NCBI GenBank assembly: GCA_040143965.1
Contig: JASJQH010000056.1
Coordinates: 1 to 36,861 of the forward strand
Direction: 5' to 3'
Source: Basidiobolus ranarum
Taxonomy: Eukaryota
DNA: 36,861 nt
A program made the translations under genes and the position numbers. This document shows positions 11,620-25,759 of the stretch, piece after piece; position 1 is the stretch's first letter; each line of letters starts with the position of its first letter. Under the pieces are notes generated by a model. It did not search any database. It was given only the letters and a program-made list of their open reading frames with translations, and was not told where the DNA came from.

Positions 11620-13100
11620 TGATTATATTATTAGTCAGATCCGATGTTCCACCACATCTTGTCCATTCTTAACGTCAACAATCCCAAGAGTCCACGACCG
11701 GCGGATGTCGATTTACTCTTCGGGTCTCTTAACCGGAACAACTATTACGCTTGGTTCGAATTTACATCGATTTGGATCTGTATATATGTACCTCAATTAC
11801 TGCATATCAAAATAAGATTCAGATGATCGGTCTGTTACAGTATTAATGAAGAACAGATCGTGTCCTGTTTTTAATTGTTACTATTAACATAGTTACACTG
11901 TAAGAGTGTTAAGGTTACGGTCTCTTTTGGTAGATATAGAAGCATGTACAAAGGGAAATTCAAATGGAGGTGACCGTAGCTCATGAGCTTGTGGTCAAGA
12001 GGGTAACTCAGCGTCAATAATGGATCCTAACAGAGAAATTACCGACATATCGCATATACTTTCAGCCAGGTTTAAGGTGGTATTCAGAAGTCGGTCAGCA
12101 AGTGCCTCCTGAACCTTGGCTTCCTTGCTAATTACGATATTACTTCTAGACCAATGAACAGTAACAGGGTTGTCATGCAGAGCTCTATCTAACCAATATT
12201 CCTGTAGTACTTCGGGAGTAAGTTACGTAGATATTGAAACATACATTTTTGGTATTATGTACAAGAAACAAGCTTTGAGCATATTTTTATAGCAAGTGTT
12301 ACTTTTGAAAGACGTGTAGTAGTGCTTTGATTTGACCCATTTTGGATGAGGTGCTCAGATACCATTTAGTGTAAATGGCTTTGAATTCACATACTAAACG
12401 ACTTACTACTCATTATCTGTCACAAGTGCAATGCGGAGGATTTTTTCAAGTGTCACCTGGCAACTCCATTTGCAACAATAGTTACCTCGATATCTGGTTA
12501 GAGCCACTTAGAGCGGTAACTCACCTGAAAGAGGTTAAATAAAAACTTGAAAGCGATATTTCACCAGTTGAACCTGTGATTTGCCCCAATCTTCAGGCTT
12601 TAAGTGTGAGTTAGATGATAGGTACAACCCACGCGATATGATTTTCTTCAGGAAAATACAGGACTTGGCAGTTCCATCAATGCTTGCACTAGATACCCAG
12701 CTTTCAAGCAAGCATACTGAAACGTTTATTTTATTGAGATCGCTAAATATGTTTACCATACGAGTCACTTGACTGCATATTTATGGCAACGATCCGAACC
12801 TGGAGTATAGGAATTAAGCACATGATATCCCTACTAATGTCGATTAACCATCTTGAATGGAAGTTAAATATGTTACTACGGCTCGATCACATGATGCAGA
12901 AACATCGAGTAAATGGCCATGTTACTATGTCCAACCTGTGTATGGCTATGAATTATCTTCAAGCTGGTAATGGTGCATGCCAGGAATTGTTGAGTAGACC
13001 AAATTCAAACCCGTCCAGCCTAGTATTCACTCCAATAGTTTCAAATACGGAGTACTATTGTCTTTCTCCATGTAACCTATACTTCGTGTATATTTATAAA
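11620..13100 (+). pseudogene. Probable decayed protein-coding remnant, identity unknown
   Basis: A chain of short, protein-like + strand ORF pieces (11644-11826, 12581-12772, 12783-13106) broken by stops and frame changes. I found no consistent splice model and recognised no family motif. Confidence 0.25.
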
Positions 13101-13639
13101 TACTAATCACACATTCCAATTCAACATGACATTGCGGAGGTAGTCCTAATATACCTCGAAGTGTTTGAGGTGAATAATAACTGTTTTTGGAAGTAAAAAC
13201 TCATACCTATGTGGGAAGAGTATAGCTCCGACCTACACTGTTGGACTATGCTTTGAACGGGTTTACTTCTGTATTTCATGGGTTCTTGAATATCCTCAAA
13301 GGGCTAGATAGGTCTTTACAAAAATGATATTTTTAGGCATCCTTCATCTACCAGTGAAATTCATTTTACTATCATTAGTTATAAGATACTGCAGAGTTAC
13401 AATGATTATCAATAACGTTTCTGTACTTCCGTCCACAAGCTTCGTATAAACTTTTATCACCAGTCATAAACATATCTTTTCGTATAATAGGTAAGAGAAC
13501 TTGATAGCTCAATTGCTCTCGAAGCTTTTCACCAAATATGCACTTATCAACTGATAATATCCAGCATGCGTTTTAGAACAGAGATCTACTTTAAGTATAC
13601 CTACATGATAACTGTAACTTCTATCAAAGGAAGAATATG

Positions 13640-14030
13640 TGACAGATGCTTAAATATCTTTCTTTTTCGGAGAGATTATCGTGTAATACTACTACTATGT
13701 CCATGGCTTGCTCCAGAGTACAACTATTTCAGAAAGACATATAGTGTGGTGGAATTGGTGTGATACTTTCTCTACATTGTTTCCCAAAAGAACTTATATG
13801 TACTCTCACTTTCTGCTTGAGGACAAGTTAAGTCCCTACATACTCTTTAAGATGAGGGAATATCAAAGCTACCAGTATAAAATGTATAGCTCTTCAATTT
13901 TCATGTATGGTTTCACATCCTCTCCTAGACTGTATCCACAGTCTTTCAGAACTAGACTCACTGACCTCATCTACAAATACAGAAGGAGGAAGCTTTATTA
14001 GAACTTATAGTAGACAATTATGTATCATAT
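13640..14030 (+). mobile_element. Degenerate reverse-transcriptase fragment (possibly DIRS/Ngaro- or gypsy-type)
   Basis: RT-like motifs occur in the expected order across frameshifts: RRDYRVIL, YSHFLL....PYILF, IFMYGFTSSPRLY (compare LPFGLxSSPRxF), and TAT-a-GTA-GAC-AAT at 14006-14018 (Y/VDN, compare YVDD). There is no CpG from ~13690 to ~14040. Confidence 0.4.
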
Positions 14031-14283
14031 TTAGAGTACTCTTCTGACAAACGCTATTTTTTGAGTCCACATTGATAACAATTTACTAAAATAAGCACAT
14101 TTCAAAGAGAGAAAGTCCAATGACCAATACTAATGTCTTTGTATGTTTGGCGGGGGGAGCTAGAAACACGATGGATTTGTACTCCGTGCATCTTTTTTCA
14201 GATTGACAAATACCTTTCATGAAAGATACTGTTAACAATGGCAAGCATGTAATCGAAAGAGATTTACTACAATATAATGTAAT

Positions 14284-14605
14284 TTTTGAAATAAGTATAG
14301 CCTAAACACCTATATAGTCATATATAGCTTAGTATTTAGTTATTCCATATTGAACTAAGATATCACCTCAAGAGAATTTTAGTTACAAGTTCTCAGATAT
14401 ATAGATTTTTCAAACTTGTGCTAAAAACCCCAAACTTTGCACACATATTCCTGGAACCTTCCTTAACACATTCTTTTCATTATTGGCTTACATCTTGACA
14501 AAACTACTAATGTCAACTTTCTACTCACTAAATCAGCAAGTGAAAACCACCCATTTGACCTGTTTACAAAACGCAGGTTCCAATTGTCAACGCTTCTGCT
14601 CAATA
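14284..14605 (+). mobile_element. Diverged solo LTR of the same Ty1/copia family as 33965-34312
   Basis: Shares GCCTAAACACCTATATAGTCATATATAGCTTAGTA, AACTTTGCACACAT.CTCCTGG-like, TTACATCTTG.CAAAACTA, ATGTCAACTTTCTACTCA and AAGTGAAAACCACC colinearly with the reverse complement of 33965-34312. The ends are decayed and approximate. No PPT, PBS or clear TSD. Confidence 0.82.
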
Positions 14606-17600
14606 ATGAATGGCATCCTCACTAGATATAGGAAATAATAATGTATAAATGAAAGGGCCGCAGAAGGGTAAACAGTTGGACAGAAATTTCACTTTTCCAC
14701 GAAAGTTACGGGATTTTGTTTCAAGCTTGGTGTTATGGTTCAAAATAGATATATATTCTAATTTCTTAAAGCCCTTTCTATAACTCACAACTAACTACAT
14801 CATATTGGGATACATACTGCGAAAGGTACTTTTGTAGCGTATGAAAATATCCCAGAATGTCACTATTGACCTACTTTTATATTCTAAGGCTCTAAAATAT
14901 GCAAACATGGCAGTTAACATTGAAGCGTTGTCTTAAAGTGCACCTAAGTACCAACTATTCGTACCCCAGAAGGGTACCACGGCTGACAAAGTTATTGTCA
15001 TTCCACTTCTCCTAACCATTATACACAAATAAGAAAAAGATCTAACCTTGGTTTGAAAGTATTTATACCATATACGCAATCAGCTGGAAACATCAACATT
15101 AAATATAAAGAAGTTTGAAGATCTAGCACTGACTTAATACTCTCAAACTGTGTTCTGTATATATGCCCTGATATCAACTTCTTTTTCTAAGCAAGCTCTC
15201 TGATAAATAATACGCAAGCAAAACATTAAAAAGGAATGCAGTGATACCAGTCTGATCATTACGTAGCTTGCAGGGATTTATTTGCTTGATGGAGCTCAAT
15301 AATAATGAGAGATGGACTCGTCACATCGGCAAAAGCATTCTTGTCATTGGTGATCCATTTACCATATCCAAATAGTGCTTATCGGAAGTCAAAATCTACA
15401 AACGAGTTATCATAGTACACGCTCAATATGTAACAGTACCAATACTTTGACTATTTGCATCACATTTCGTGACAAGTACCAAATAATACCAAATATCTTT
15501 GGGTCACGATATGGATACCGATCGAAGCAATAGAAATTCCAATTGGAAAGTAGATACAATCAAGGTAGCTTCTCTGTCAAGATGAAGTATACTAAGCAAT
15601 ATTGCATGCTACTTGAAAGCTACACATCACAGTAGCAAATCATTTGAATGGGAAGTTGACTTTTATCCCATTCTATGGTTCTCGAACAAATCGAACATTC
15701 AACAACTTGGATGTAAAGTGTGGATTCAATAACCTGAAGTGACCGTAACATGAAAACTAAAAATGCCTAATTTTGTCTTTCAAAGAAGTTATACCTGTCC
15801 ATACTAGCTTCCTAAGTGACTTCAAATTGGAATTGAATCACACTGTGGAAATGGTTAAGCAGGAGACGAACAGGGCCATTACCAATGGAACATCTATAAG
15901 GGGAGATGGTAGTCACATCATCCCTGTTAATGCATAGCGCTATCTCCTTTTATGGCGGGTAGCAAAAACCATGGCCACTATATCAAATTTAGTATACAGC
16001 CTAACAATTCTGAATCTCCGTATCTCTAATCATAGCATCATCCAATTTTAAATCTTGTAGAACGGTACTTCCACTTGGCCGAATTTAGCAAAATATTTCA
16101 GATCGTCTCCTCGCAGATGCAATCGGAAAAGCCCAGATTGTATCCAAAATGATATATGACTAGCTTTAAGCAAATTCCAGTCATGTTCGAGATATAGTGG
16201 AGGATCCAATTCGAACCAGACTGTGCTGGGAACCAGCATGACAGTGGATGTTTCCATTTGGATATTTCGCAGGCATTGCTAGAAGATGCGTTCGAATTTC
16301 TCAAGAAGATCCACTCCATCTTAAGAGGGTTTGACAGTAGGACTCAACGGTGATGTTGATAACCTCAGCCTGGGTAGGCTTTCGGACATTTTCCTAAGGC
16401 TTCCATGGATGCATGGATATTTTCCAGTGCGTTAAATGACTGAGTGGATAAATGAAGATCATTATGCCAGCAACATGCATAGCGCCTGATTAGTACTTAG
16501 TATAATCCCATTTACACAAAATACTAGCGACCATAGGCTATGATGCTGGCCCTTAGAGTCTGACCTTAGCTGGTAAACGAAAGCTACAAAACTGATTCCA
16601 GACTGTGAGAAGACTGTTTTCATACTGACCAGAATAGGCTCCATGATAAAACTATGCTCTCACCAAAAGCCACCAAAGAGTGAATCATCGTCTGGTCTTA
16701 TTCGTTACTATTGGTAGTAAAAGTAATAGGGCATCTACGTAATAGTCAGTCGCCACCGACCCTCCTCATGCTCATCATCCGAGAAATTGATTTCAACAAT
16801 CTTCTCAATGCCACAGTGAGCCATGCCTGACTAGAGTCGGTTTAAACGAGTGACAATGGTAACTCTTCGAAGTTAAGATTCCCAGCTTACTCATGAATGA
16901 CCGTGCCCCTCAAGTTGGCCTGGTTTCAGGATGGAGCTCAGCATTCACAATGGCTACATGAACCTAGTTTAGCAATCATACACAGATATATCGTCGGCCC
17001 ACGAATTCTACTCTGAATCGAGATAATACTCAGAAACTCTTGATCTTTAGAAGGCGGCAATTGATATACCAAAATAATTGATTCATGTTGTCCCGCGCGA
17101 GAAGCATAGTCATGGGCCTCACCATTGGATTGCCCGCCAATTAACTTGGATCGTATCTATAGATTGACCATTTGAGTTACCTTTATATATGCCCTTGAAG
17201 AAGAAATCCGTGCGGGATCGTGCATGATGTCATTTGTCTGAGCAAGAGAATCTTCGTTTCCACTAGTATACAGATTCAGGAGTGACGATGAACGGTAACT
17301 TCTCTTGCGATCGAGCTTTCACGAAGCACTTGCCAGATTGCCAGCCAGATGTTTGATCATGTTTAGCATTAGTAACATCTCAATATGGAATCCATTAAAC
17401 TTGAAATCCCCTGAGGAATACTCGAAGGATTCCAAGCATATCTAGTCTCAATTAATCAATATCTAATACAAATACTCACCATTAGATTACTCCATATCCA
17501 GCGACGCCTATTGGCCAGAGTGGTGGTTTATCTTAATTCAACGGATAATGAAGAATCAATAGAATCATAACAGTATGACACCAGTATTGGAGAAAATCGA

Positions 17601-17765
17601 ACATTTACCAAGGTAACGACCGATCGCCAGCCAACTCATCCCTAGATGGGTGAAAGAAGATTCCTTATAAAACCATTCAAGGTGCAATGAACTTGTTGTA
17701 GCACCGATACACATTTTCCTTACACATCGTGATAACACTATTCCATCGAAAAACATCCGAACAAA

Positions 17766-18393
17766 ATGGATTTGCACTTTATTTTGAACACTCCCATCAA
17801 CATCTCTTACACATCATCTAGTGAATCCTCGGATTCCTCAGTGGGAAGAGGTATATTTGTCTGCAATTGGGAAAGTTGCTCTAAGACATTCGGAAAAAAA
17901 TCCGATCTACAGAGGCATCAACGTATTCATACTGGAGAAAGACCCTTTCAATGCGCTACTTGTGGAAAAGGGTTTGTTCAACGCTCGGCTCTTAGTGTAC
18001 ATAAGCGAACTCACACTGGAGAGAAACCACATATGTGTGAATATTCTGGCTGTGGAATGACGTTTAGTGATGTACGTAGTAAACTAATATCGAAGAAATA
18101 TTTAATCATTTCGGAGACTAACTCTTTTCTTCATTTAGTCATCTTCTTTATCGCGCCATCGCCGTACTCATACCGGAGTCCGTCCATACGTGTGTACCCA
18201 TGTCAATTGTGATAAACGATTCACCCGTAGAATAGCCTTGTTAAAGCATCAGCGCAAGCATGACTTCCAGAAAATGATCAAATATAGTTTCACCGACGAT
18301 GGAGTGAAGCATATCACACTTCAAAGTCATGCTTCTCTACTCACGAAAATCAGCTTTGTTCACCATCAAGGTGGTATAGAGTCAAATTCATAG
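17766..18393 (+). CDS. C2H2 zinc-finger transcription factor, four tandem fingers, ~186 aa; exons 17766-18071, 18139-18393
   Basis: Fingers are joined by canonical TGERPF, TGEKPH and TGVRPY linkers. Intron 18072-18138 (GTACGT..ACTAAC..TAG) restores finger 3 ([14 protein letters not shown]). Confidence 0.9.
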
Positions 18394-21002
18394 ACCTAAC
18401 CACCATGGTAGCAACATCCAAAGGAGAAAACGCTTAGCTGTCGACACGATGCTAAAAAAGACATGACTCTTAGTGCGATGTGCAGCTAGGTCTTGTACAT
18501 AACTAATTTTGTAAACACTTGTCGCTTTCCTTGAGTCAATCACAGAATGCCATCACCCAGAAGCTCTGAATAGTGCCAACATCAATATGCCTTTTTATCA
18601 AATGTATTTAGCAAATAGCATGCCAAGCCACAAATACACACAATAATTTAGCTGTAACTAATTTGTCTCGTCTATATGTAAATTTGTACGCAGAGACCCT
18701 AATTAAACTGGAGTCGATCCTAGCACTGCAATTGATATCATTTCTACACCATTTTAGTTTACGTTGTGGCCTTGATAACTAGTATAGGGACCAAATTGCG
18801 TAGTTACCTATCCATAGTCAAGGAAAATATATTAGCGTCAAAAACGGTAGAACACCGTCGTATCCTCAATACTACTGATCGGCTGGGCACTATAATGGCA
18901 ATTCACCTGACCAAATGGTCGTTAGGTACTGCAATATAATGACTCCCTCATTAGGCAAGTGCAAGCACATCTTTACTGCCAAGCCATATGTCTGGCCAGT
19001 AAGATAGTATCATAGTGGAAGAAATCCAGTCTTGATGTTTACTAGCCCTATCTTATTTTCAATTGTAGAACGACACAAAAATCTTTAATTATATTAGAGC
19101 CCTGTTACCTTTTAGTTTGTTCCTTGAAAATATCAATGATCAACCTTATTCATGCTAATTGGTTTAGTCTTGACAAACAGATGCCTCTATTCCCGAATTG
19201 ATATTATATTGACTTCCACTGACTACTTGCAAACGTGTAGGAGATTAGACTAAAGGGTAAGTATCACAGGCAAATCCAATATGCACTAAAGAGCGCTCTG
19301 GAAACTATTCTAAAATTCACCTTTTTACCCGTGGATATAAGTAGCTGTGAAGCAATGGAGTTGGTCACATATAGACTATGTATCCAAGAACAGTATCAGA
19401 ACTTGAAGTTGAATAGTACTGATATTAGTATTGGGTGGCTCTTCAAGATCAATTGTACAGCTTGAAGTGACTAGTCTTAGTGAGTAATCTTATTGCCATC
19501 ACCTCTGGCAGTAAACAATTAGGAAATGGAGCTTTATATGAGCTGGTGAGTAATTTTTGACTAATTCACTACAGAGAAGGGACCATCTTTAAGCTCTAAA
19601 GAAACTACAATATACCGCTATCTAGTTGGTCTCCAAGGATTCTTCATAAAAACTTGGAAATATACAAAATACGTATCAGTATATAGCCTGAATTTGCACT
19701 CAATCGTTTGAAATACTCCAGATAGGCTATGTATGGAGTACACTTAGGGATACCAACTACTAGTTGCTGATGGATGAACAAATAAAATGTGATGAGCGGG
19801 CTGTATCATCAACCCTAATCTATATATATAGGGTGTATCATTGAGGCAGGCCAAAAGTTGATCATATACCTGTAGATAAGGGTATCCGCGATCTAAAACT
19901 CATCCCTGAATATAGACGGCCCATCATGCTCAGAAATAGTAAACGAAATCGGCCTCCAACTTCATTCTGATTTGATTACTTCAACATTAAATCTCCGCTG
20001 TTTTAAGCTTAATGCATCCAAATCCCACCATTTAGATTTCTAAGAAACACAATCTCACCAACATAAGAATCACACACTACCATTGTCTTCCAGCGGAATC
20101 AGCGTATTGTGTGATATGGCTAAGCTCTAGAACTGGTCAAAGAGTTGATTGTTGAATTCGTGTTTCAAAGAGTTTGCATACTGTGAGGCTATCCAACAAG
20201 ACAATGATTCCCAGAGCGCTTGGTGCATATTTATTGGCTGCCATGATTGTTATGGTCAGACAGTAAGCAATGCCTACCTCGTAGACAATCGCACTCTAGC
20301 ATGCAGACGTAAATGATTGTCAAACTAGTCACCGAAAAGAGTGCAAATCCAACAGTCGTCTGCCTCGCATCACCCTAACGCATTTGCGCCTATCCATCCA
20401 TCATCGCCATTCCATATTCTCCAAAATCTATTTGTCATGGAAAGGCCGCTTTAACTAGTATTAATTAGAGCCAGGATCATGTGCAATCAGAGACCAGCAA
20501 GTCAAGCATATGCCTCTCATACAATAGGTGATTGGCCAGCTGTGCTTTCCCGATTGAGATTCTTTGGAAACTCTGAGGGATCATGCGGATCTCGCAGAGC
20601 ACAAAAACGTACTAAGCAATCGTCAAATTACCACAATTGAGTGACTTCGATCCGCCCAATAGGGCAATATGATGATCCAAGTGGTTCCACCGAACTTCCA
20701 TTAGCACCGAGATCTTTTACTTTAGGCTTTGCTATACGATCCTTTGATTTGCTGCAAGCACTACTTGAGCATCGCTCAGGCAAAATGGGATGATTTCTTG
20801 AATAATCCCAAGAATATGCATGATTCATTCTTGTGTTAGCTAAACAATTCCAAACTTCAATTGGACTTCGGCAGATACGGATTCTTATAAAATGTTTCTG
20901 TTCCCATCACGGATTTAGTTGATTATTTTTCTCGTATCCTATTCTCTACACGTTGATTTTGTCTAACTTAGTTTTGTTGTAATCCCCCTTCATTGTAACT
21001 TA

Positions 21003-21822
21003 ATGGGTCTATCTTTGTCTCGGAACATTGGTAATCCAGAGAATCGCTCTGGGCCGTTTCCACTTTCTATCACCAGAAGCAATCAGCAACCTGAATCGGA
21101 AAATAATGTAGTCAACCAAGAAGCTGGAGAAAACGTTCAAGTGATTAATGGCTTCGATACCCTCCATAGAGCCGACCCTGCGAACCCAGCACTTGCAGTA
21201 GACGGTGACCAGGCTTTGTGGGATAAATTGGTTTCAATACGTGCAAGTCGAGAGATTCTCACCGCCAGATTACGACTCTTTGTAAGAATATCTATCTTAT
21301 TTGTGGTACTGATTTTAGTTCTTGGAGTGGACCCACTTCGACTACCGTGGTGGCTAGTATTTATACCGATGGTTCTTATGATTTTGAACTTGGTATTTAT
21401 AGCTGTAAGTGCACCATTCCTTTTCCTTGTATATGACTTTTCTGTTGAACTTATGTATTTTCACCTAGACTTTGAAAAGTCGAGTGCGTACCCTAGACAG
21501 AGAAGAAGTCACCTTACTACAATCCATGGGACGCGTTGAAATGGGTCAAGACATAGAAGCCACATACCTACCACCGCCTCCTCCTACATATGCAACTGCT
21601 GCTGCTCAGCCACCCGCTTATCTCAATCCCTTAATTACACCAAGCTATGCATCACTACTACCTAACCGAGCAAGATCCAACCAAAACTTGAGAGAGGAAA
21701 GGCCGAGCATTCCACCCCCATCGCACGACAATAACCACATAAGTATTGAGATGACTCAGGCGTCGAGCTCGTCTTCCGGTTTGGTTGCACCTATAACGCA
21801 AAGAAAAACTGAAGAATCCTAA
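21003..21822 (+). CDS. Uncharacterised 2-TM membrane protein with C-terminal PY motifs, ~251 aa; exons 21003-21404, 21469-21822
   Basis: Intron 21405-21468 (GTAAGT..TAG) joins two ORFs in frame. Two hydrophobic helices are followed by LPPPPPTY and QPPAY in a Pro/Ser-rich tail. TATAAAA lies at ~20886. Confidence 0.8.
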
Positions 21823-24764
21823 TGTTATTGCTTATTATCTCCATAACGTATTTCCCCCTTGTATCTCCTATTCAACAGTGGCACCCGAATATCGATGGCT
21901 CTCGCCCGATGTAGTTGAAACAGTTTGTAAAATCCAAATGAGCATCCTCCTCGTTAATTCCATTCCTCCCTATGAAATCATGCTTGTACATAATTGAAGC
22001 ATACACTACATTTGATGTGTCAGGCAAAGTCATTTATTCAAAATACCATAGTTTTCTGTACCTCATCATCTAGCGCTCTTGAAACTATTTAATCTAGTCG
22101 ATTCTATTCCACTAGTCCAGGCAACTTCCCCATTCTACCCAGATCCTGTGCCCATTAGTTCGAGAATTCACCATGAAGCATCCAACAAAATTCACTTTGT
22201 CTCTTTGTAATAAAATAGATCAAGAAACTCGAGCCAATGTTAGAATCGATTACATGTATTTTATTTAGTGTGTGGCGGTATGTGATGGAGTAGCAAGGGT
22301 ACACCAAGCCGCTCTTTAGGCCATTACTCTGAGTAATCCAATTTTTGTGTACAATGGGCGCGAGAAGAGATGGTTGGCCAGGTTAATTTTCCATCCATAT
22401 GAAGTTTATGCCAAGCAAAAATAGTTATCGATTAAGTTGTTGAGAGCACCCTGGTTGGTGAAGTTAATATAATAATTGTTTCATAGTCATGAAATTAAAC
22501 TAGGCCAGTCAGATCACCGTCACAGTAAAGAATGGAAAGCCCAATTGACGTGTTGGTACAAGTTACGGCAAACCTAGCTAGGTGGAGGAGAAGGCACGGG
22601 ATAAAGGCACGGGTTCATGGAATGACGCTAGTTGATTGCATTCTAATGAATCTAGAGGTAGAATCTAATGTCACTATGATCCTGATCAGAGTGGAAGAAG
22701 CAAGGATCTAATCCGGTTCAAGCAATGGGTACTGTTTTTATCTATGTTACATAGGTGATATTAGGGAGTAGTTTGAGGTTTAATGCAGATTTGAGACTGT
22801 TTGACTTTCTGCCAAGCGATATCCTGAACGCGATCTGATGGATATGAATTAGCTCGCTGCTTATATCATCGAAAGGGAATTCAACTCATGCTCTAGAAGT
22901 TCAAAAGGAAAGTAAACTTGACGTGCACATAAAGACACGTTCCTATTTGCTTGATTATTAAAGTCACGATGGAGATAAGATAAAATATTTGTGAAGCGAG
23001 CGCTTTGCACCAAGAAAGGACTCGTCTATACCATGCATAGCTTGATTTTACTCAGAGTATTCTCTGATTACATGGGCTAGGGTTTTACTAGTAAACTCCG
23101 CAACACACCGAAGCAGGGCCAGTAGAATCCTGCTTCTGTAGGCTTAACTGGTATCTTGGTAGAATAATGGGTCCCAAAGAAACCCCATTATAAGCTCTGT
23201 CTTCTATGGCTAATTGTTGATGCAGTTGACGTTCTTTTATTTCCTCTTCATTATAAGCAGTATAAGAGAGGTATGTGGAAGTACACGATTCTCTCTTGAT
23301 TACAACTCGTTTTCGTTTCTTGCATTCAGTGAGCCAAGCCAGGTCAAGTAGTCTAAGCATTCTTAGCAACAACCAATGGCTTATGAGTGTTGGCAGAGTC
23401 AGGATATTTACTAAGGCAGACTGAATACAGTTTCCATGAAAATTAATTTGATGACTTCAGTATTACTACTCAATTGGCAGTCGATGACATTTCTGATTTA
23501 CATCATGATGTGATTTGGACAGATCAAGCAAAATGAGAGGCAATCTACCACCAAAGCTGTAAATACATACTATATTTGTAATTGCGGGCGTTTTGTACAA
23601 ATCCAGCTCACAAATTGGGCAGTACGGTCTTCAAATATTTCACGGGCATCATTTATCGACAATCCCATCAATCCGAAAGCCCCTAGTGACATGGATGGTC
23701 CTTCAGCGCCCCAGTACAGGTAATACAACATGCTTACATTTTCAATTGTTACAATGCGCATTCACTGACCATTTCATTGGGTTGCAGTGAACAAACCTGA
23801 GTGATCCTGGGAGCCCCAGATGGTTATCGCCTAACCAATCCACCATCCATTTAAGTTCACCCACAGTTTCACTTTGCTTTGGCGCAGTGATTTCCTCATT
23901 ATGCTTACTTCGACGTACGTGTAACCCTGGATGTTTGAATGGAGTTTATTTCTGCTCCTTATACGGCTGATTTCGGCCATTTTCCAAGCAAATTCCTTTG
24001 TATCTTGATATGGACTGATTGCTGATGTCTTGAGTGCTACCGCCTCAAATGCTTGCTGACATTTTCATTACTTGTGACTTCATTAGATGACACACCACCT
24101 AATCAGGTTACAAGATATATTAGAAGTAATTTGGGTGAGACTTCTTGAGAATTGTAGTGTTTCTCCCGTTTAGGAGGGGTGCCCTCACGAGATAGTGCAC
24201 AAGTTATACCTTAAATGGGTCTGACACCGAAATCACTTTAATGATTGTTCCCTTGGGTTATGCTGTAGGACATCCAGCCGTTACAAAGATTTACTTCGGA
24301 AATATTTGGATGTAGTGTTAGGTTTGTATGAGGTAAATAAATTGCCGCACGGTTTCCCAGTGTATTACTGTTGTGTATAGCTGAGGATTCAAGATTAACT
24401 TAGAAATAGAAGGTTCTCATCGAACGTTGTTGCTGACAAAAAGTAGAACAGCACTTCGGTTACTCAAGTTATTGATGAATCCCCCTTTCGCTATTACGAA
24501 GTATTCTATAATTAAGAGTTTGTTTCTTTGCGAGAGGCTGAAGCCCCACTTAATTACGCAACTTCGTAATGTTTAAGAATTGGTTACTTTATATCAGATT
24601 TAAGACGAGATATGTACAACAAACTTTGTATATACGTGAATGTTCAACAAAAGAAAAGGAATAGGCCATAGAGAAAAGCATACACATTCGCTTACTTTGA
24701 TCAGCGGTCAGTAAGTTGCAGAAATATTAAACAACAAAAATGAAGAAATGTCTCTCAAGACTCA

Positions 24765-25759
24765 TCATTTTGGTATGGCAAATACCGATTGTGGTAGGAG
24801 AGACCACATATGGGGAAGTACTGGCATACTAAGGCGCTTATGAACTATATCGGAGGCAGGATGTCGTAGAGTTGCTACGTCCAGTGGCTTCTTAACCACT
24901 CTTTGCTTTGTTAGAAGCTTCTCTGTCTCCAAAGTTAATGATTCCTTTGCCACGGTGACTTGCGATTTACTTTGATAGTCTTGAGGCTTTGGTTGTATCT
25001 TGACCGCTTGAAATCTATTACATACATGATCAATCAGCCGTCCAGTAGGATCTGGTTTACCAGATTTACGCCAGTTTCTCGAGATCTTCTCGTCCATTAG
25101 ATGTACAAAATCATTCCATTGTTCAACACTGATGTGTAATCGGAAATTTAGGAAATACAGCAGTTCAAACTCCATCTGATTTATCTCTTTGATGGTAAAC
25201 ATCCCATTACTGACTAATGCCCAAGTCTTATTGTAGTACGCATCATCATAGAGATATTTGGTGGCAACTATGATCGATGCTAGCAATAATCGGTGACCAG
25301 ATCCGTAGGTCCCTTTACAACCAGGGTGCCTTTGCTTCAATCGGATCAAGTACATAAGTGCGATTAACAGTGTAGAATGGCTGGTATTTGTACGTCTGAC
25401 CACTTTCAAGATGAATTCCGAAAGTTTTGGCAGTGATTCTTGGTCGACCTTATCCCCCTTTGGCTCACCACATTGAAATAGTGTGTGTACAATCCCTTCG
25501 GCAATACCTAACCCACAAAATAAGACGTTAGTCAATATGAATGTATGTTGGGCCTTATCGCTTAATTACCTATTAATTCTACGCGAATCTGCGAGGTGAA
25601 ATAATCGCTCGAATGTAAGCCATTCGCATTGTTGAGGAGTACGCGATTTGTGCCTTTTCGAAGCTCGTTGGCGGAGTGAGACAACTGAAGTCGTTGACCA
25701 CGTAGTTTTTGGTTGGCTGAAAGTGCTTGAACAGTATTTGGTAAATATTGGCTTTTCAT
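24765..25759 (-). CDS. Pho85-type (PCL family) cyclin, ~310 aa; exons 25759-25570, 25507-24765
   Basis: Cyclin box LSEFI..VVRRT....STLLIALMYL.RL...HRLLLASIIVATKYLYDD.Y.NKTWA......F...EINQME.ELL..L.F.L. Intron 25569-25508 (GTAATT..GACTAAC..TAG) joins the exons in frame. Confidence 0.9.

Noticed and set aside
15700..16400. Protein-like fragments on + (e.g. LLEDAFEFLKKIHSILRGF)
   Set aside because: Too short and interrupted, with no recognisable family or splice model.
23088..23790. Small ORFs of 63-94 aa between the PY-motif gene and the cyclin
   Set aside because: Mostly non-ATG starts, no motifs, and lengths within chance expectation.
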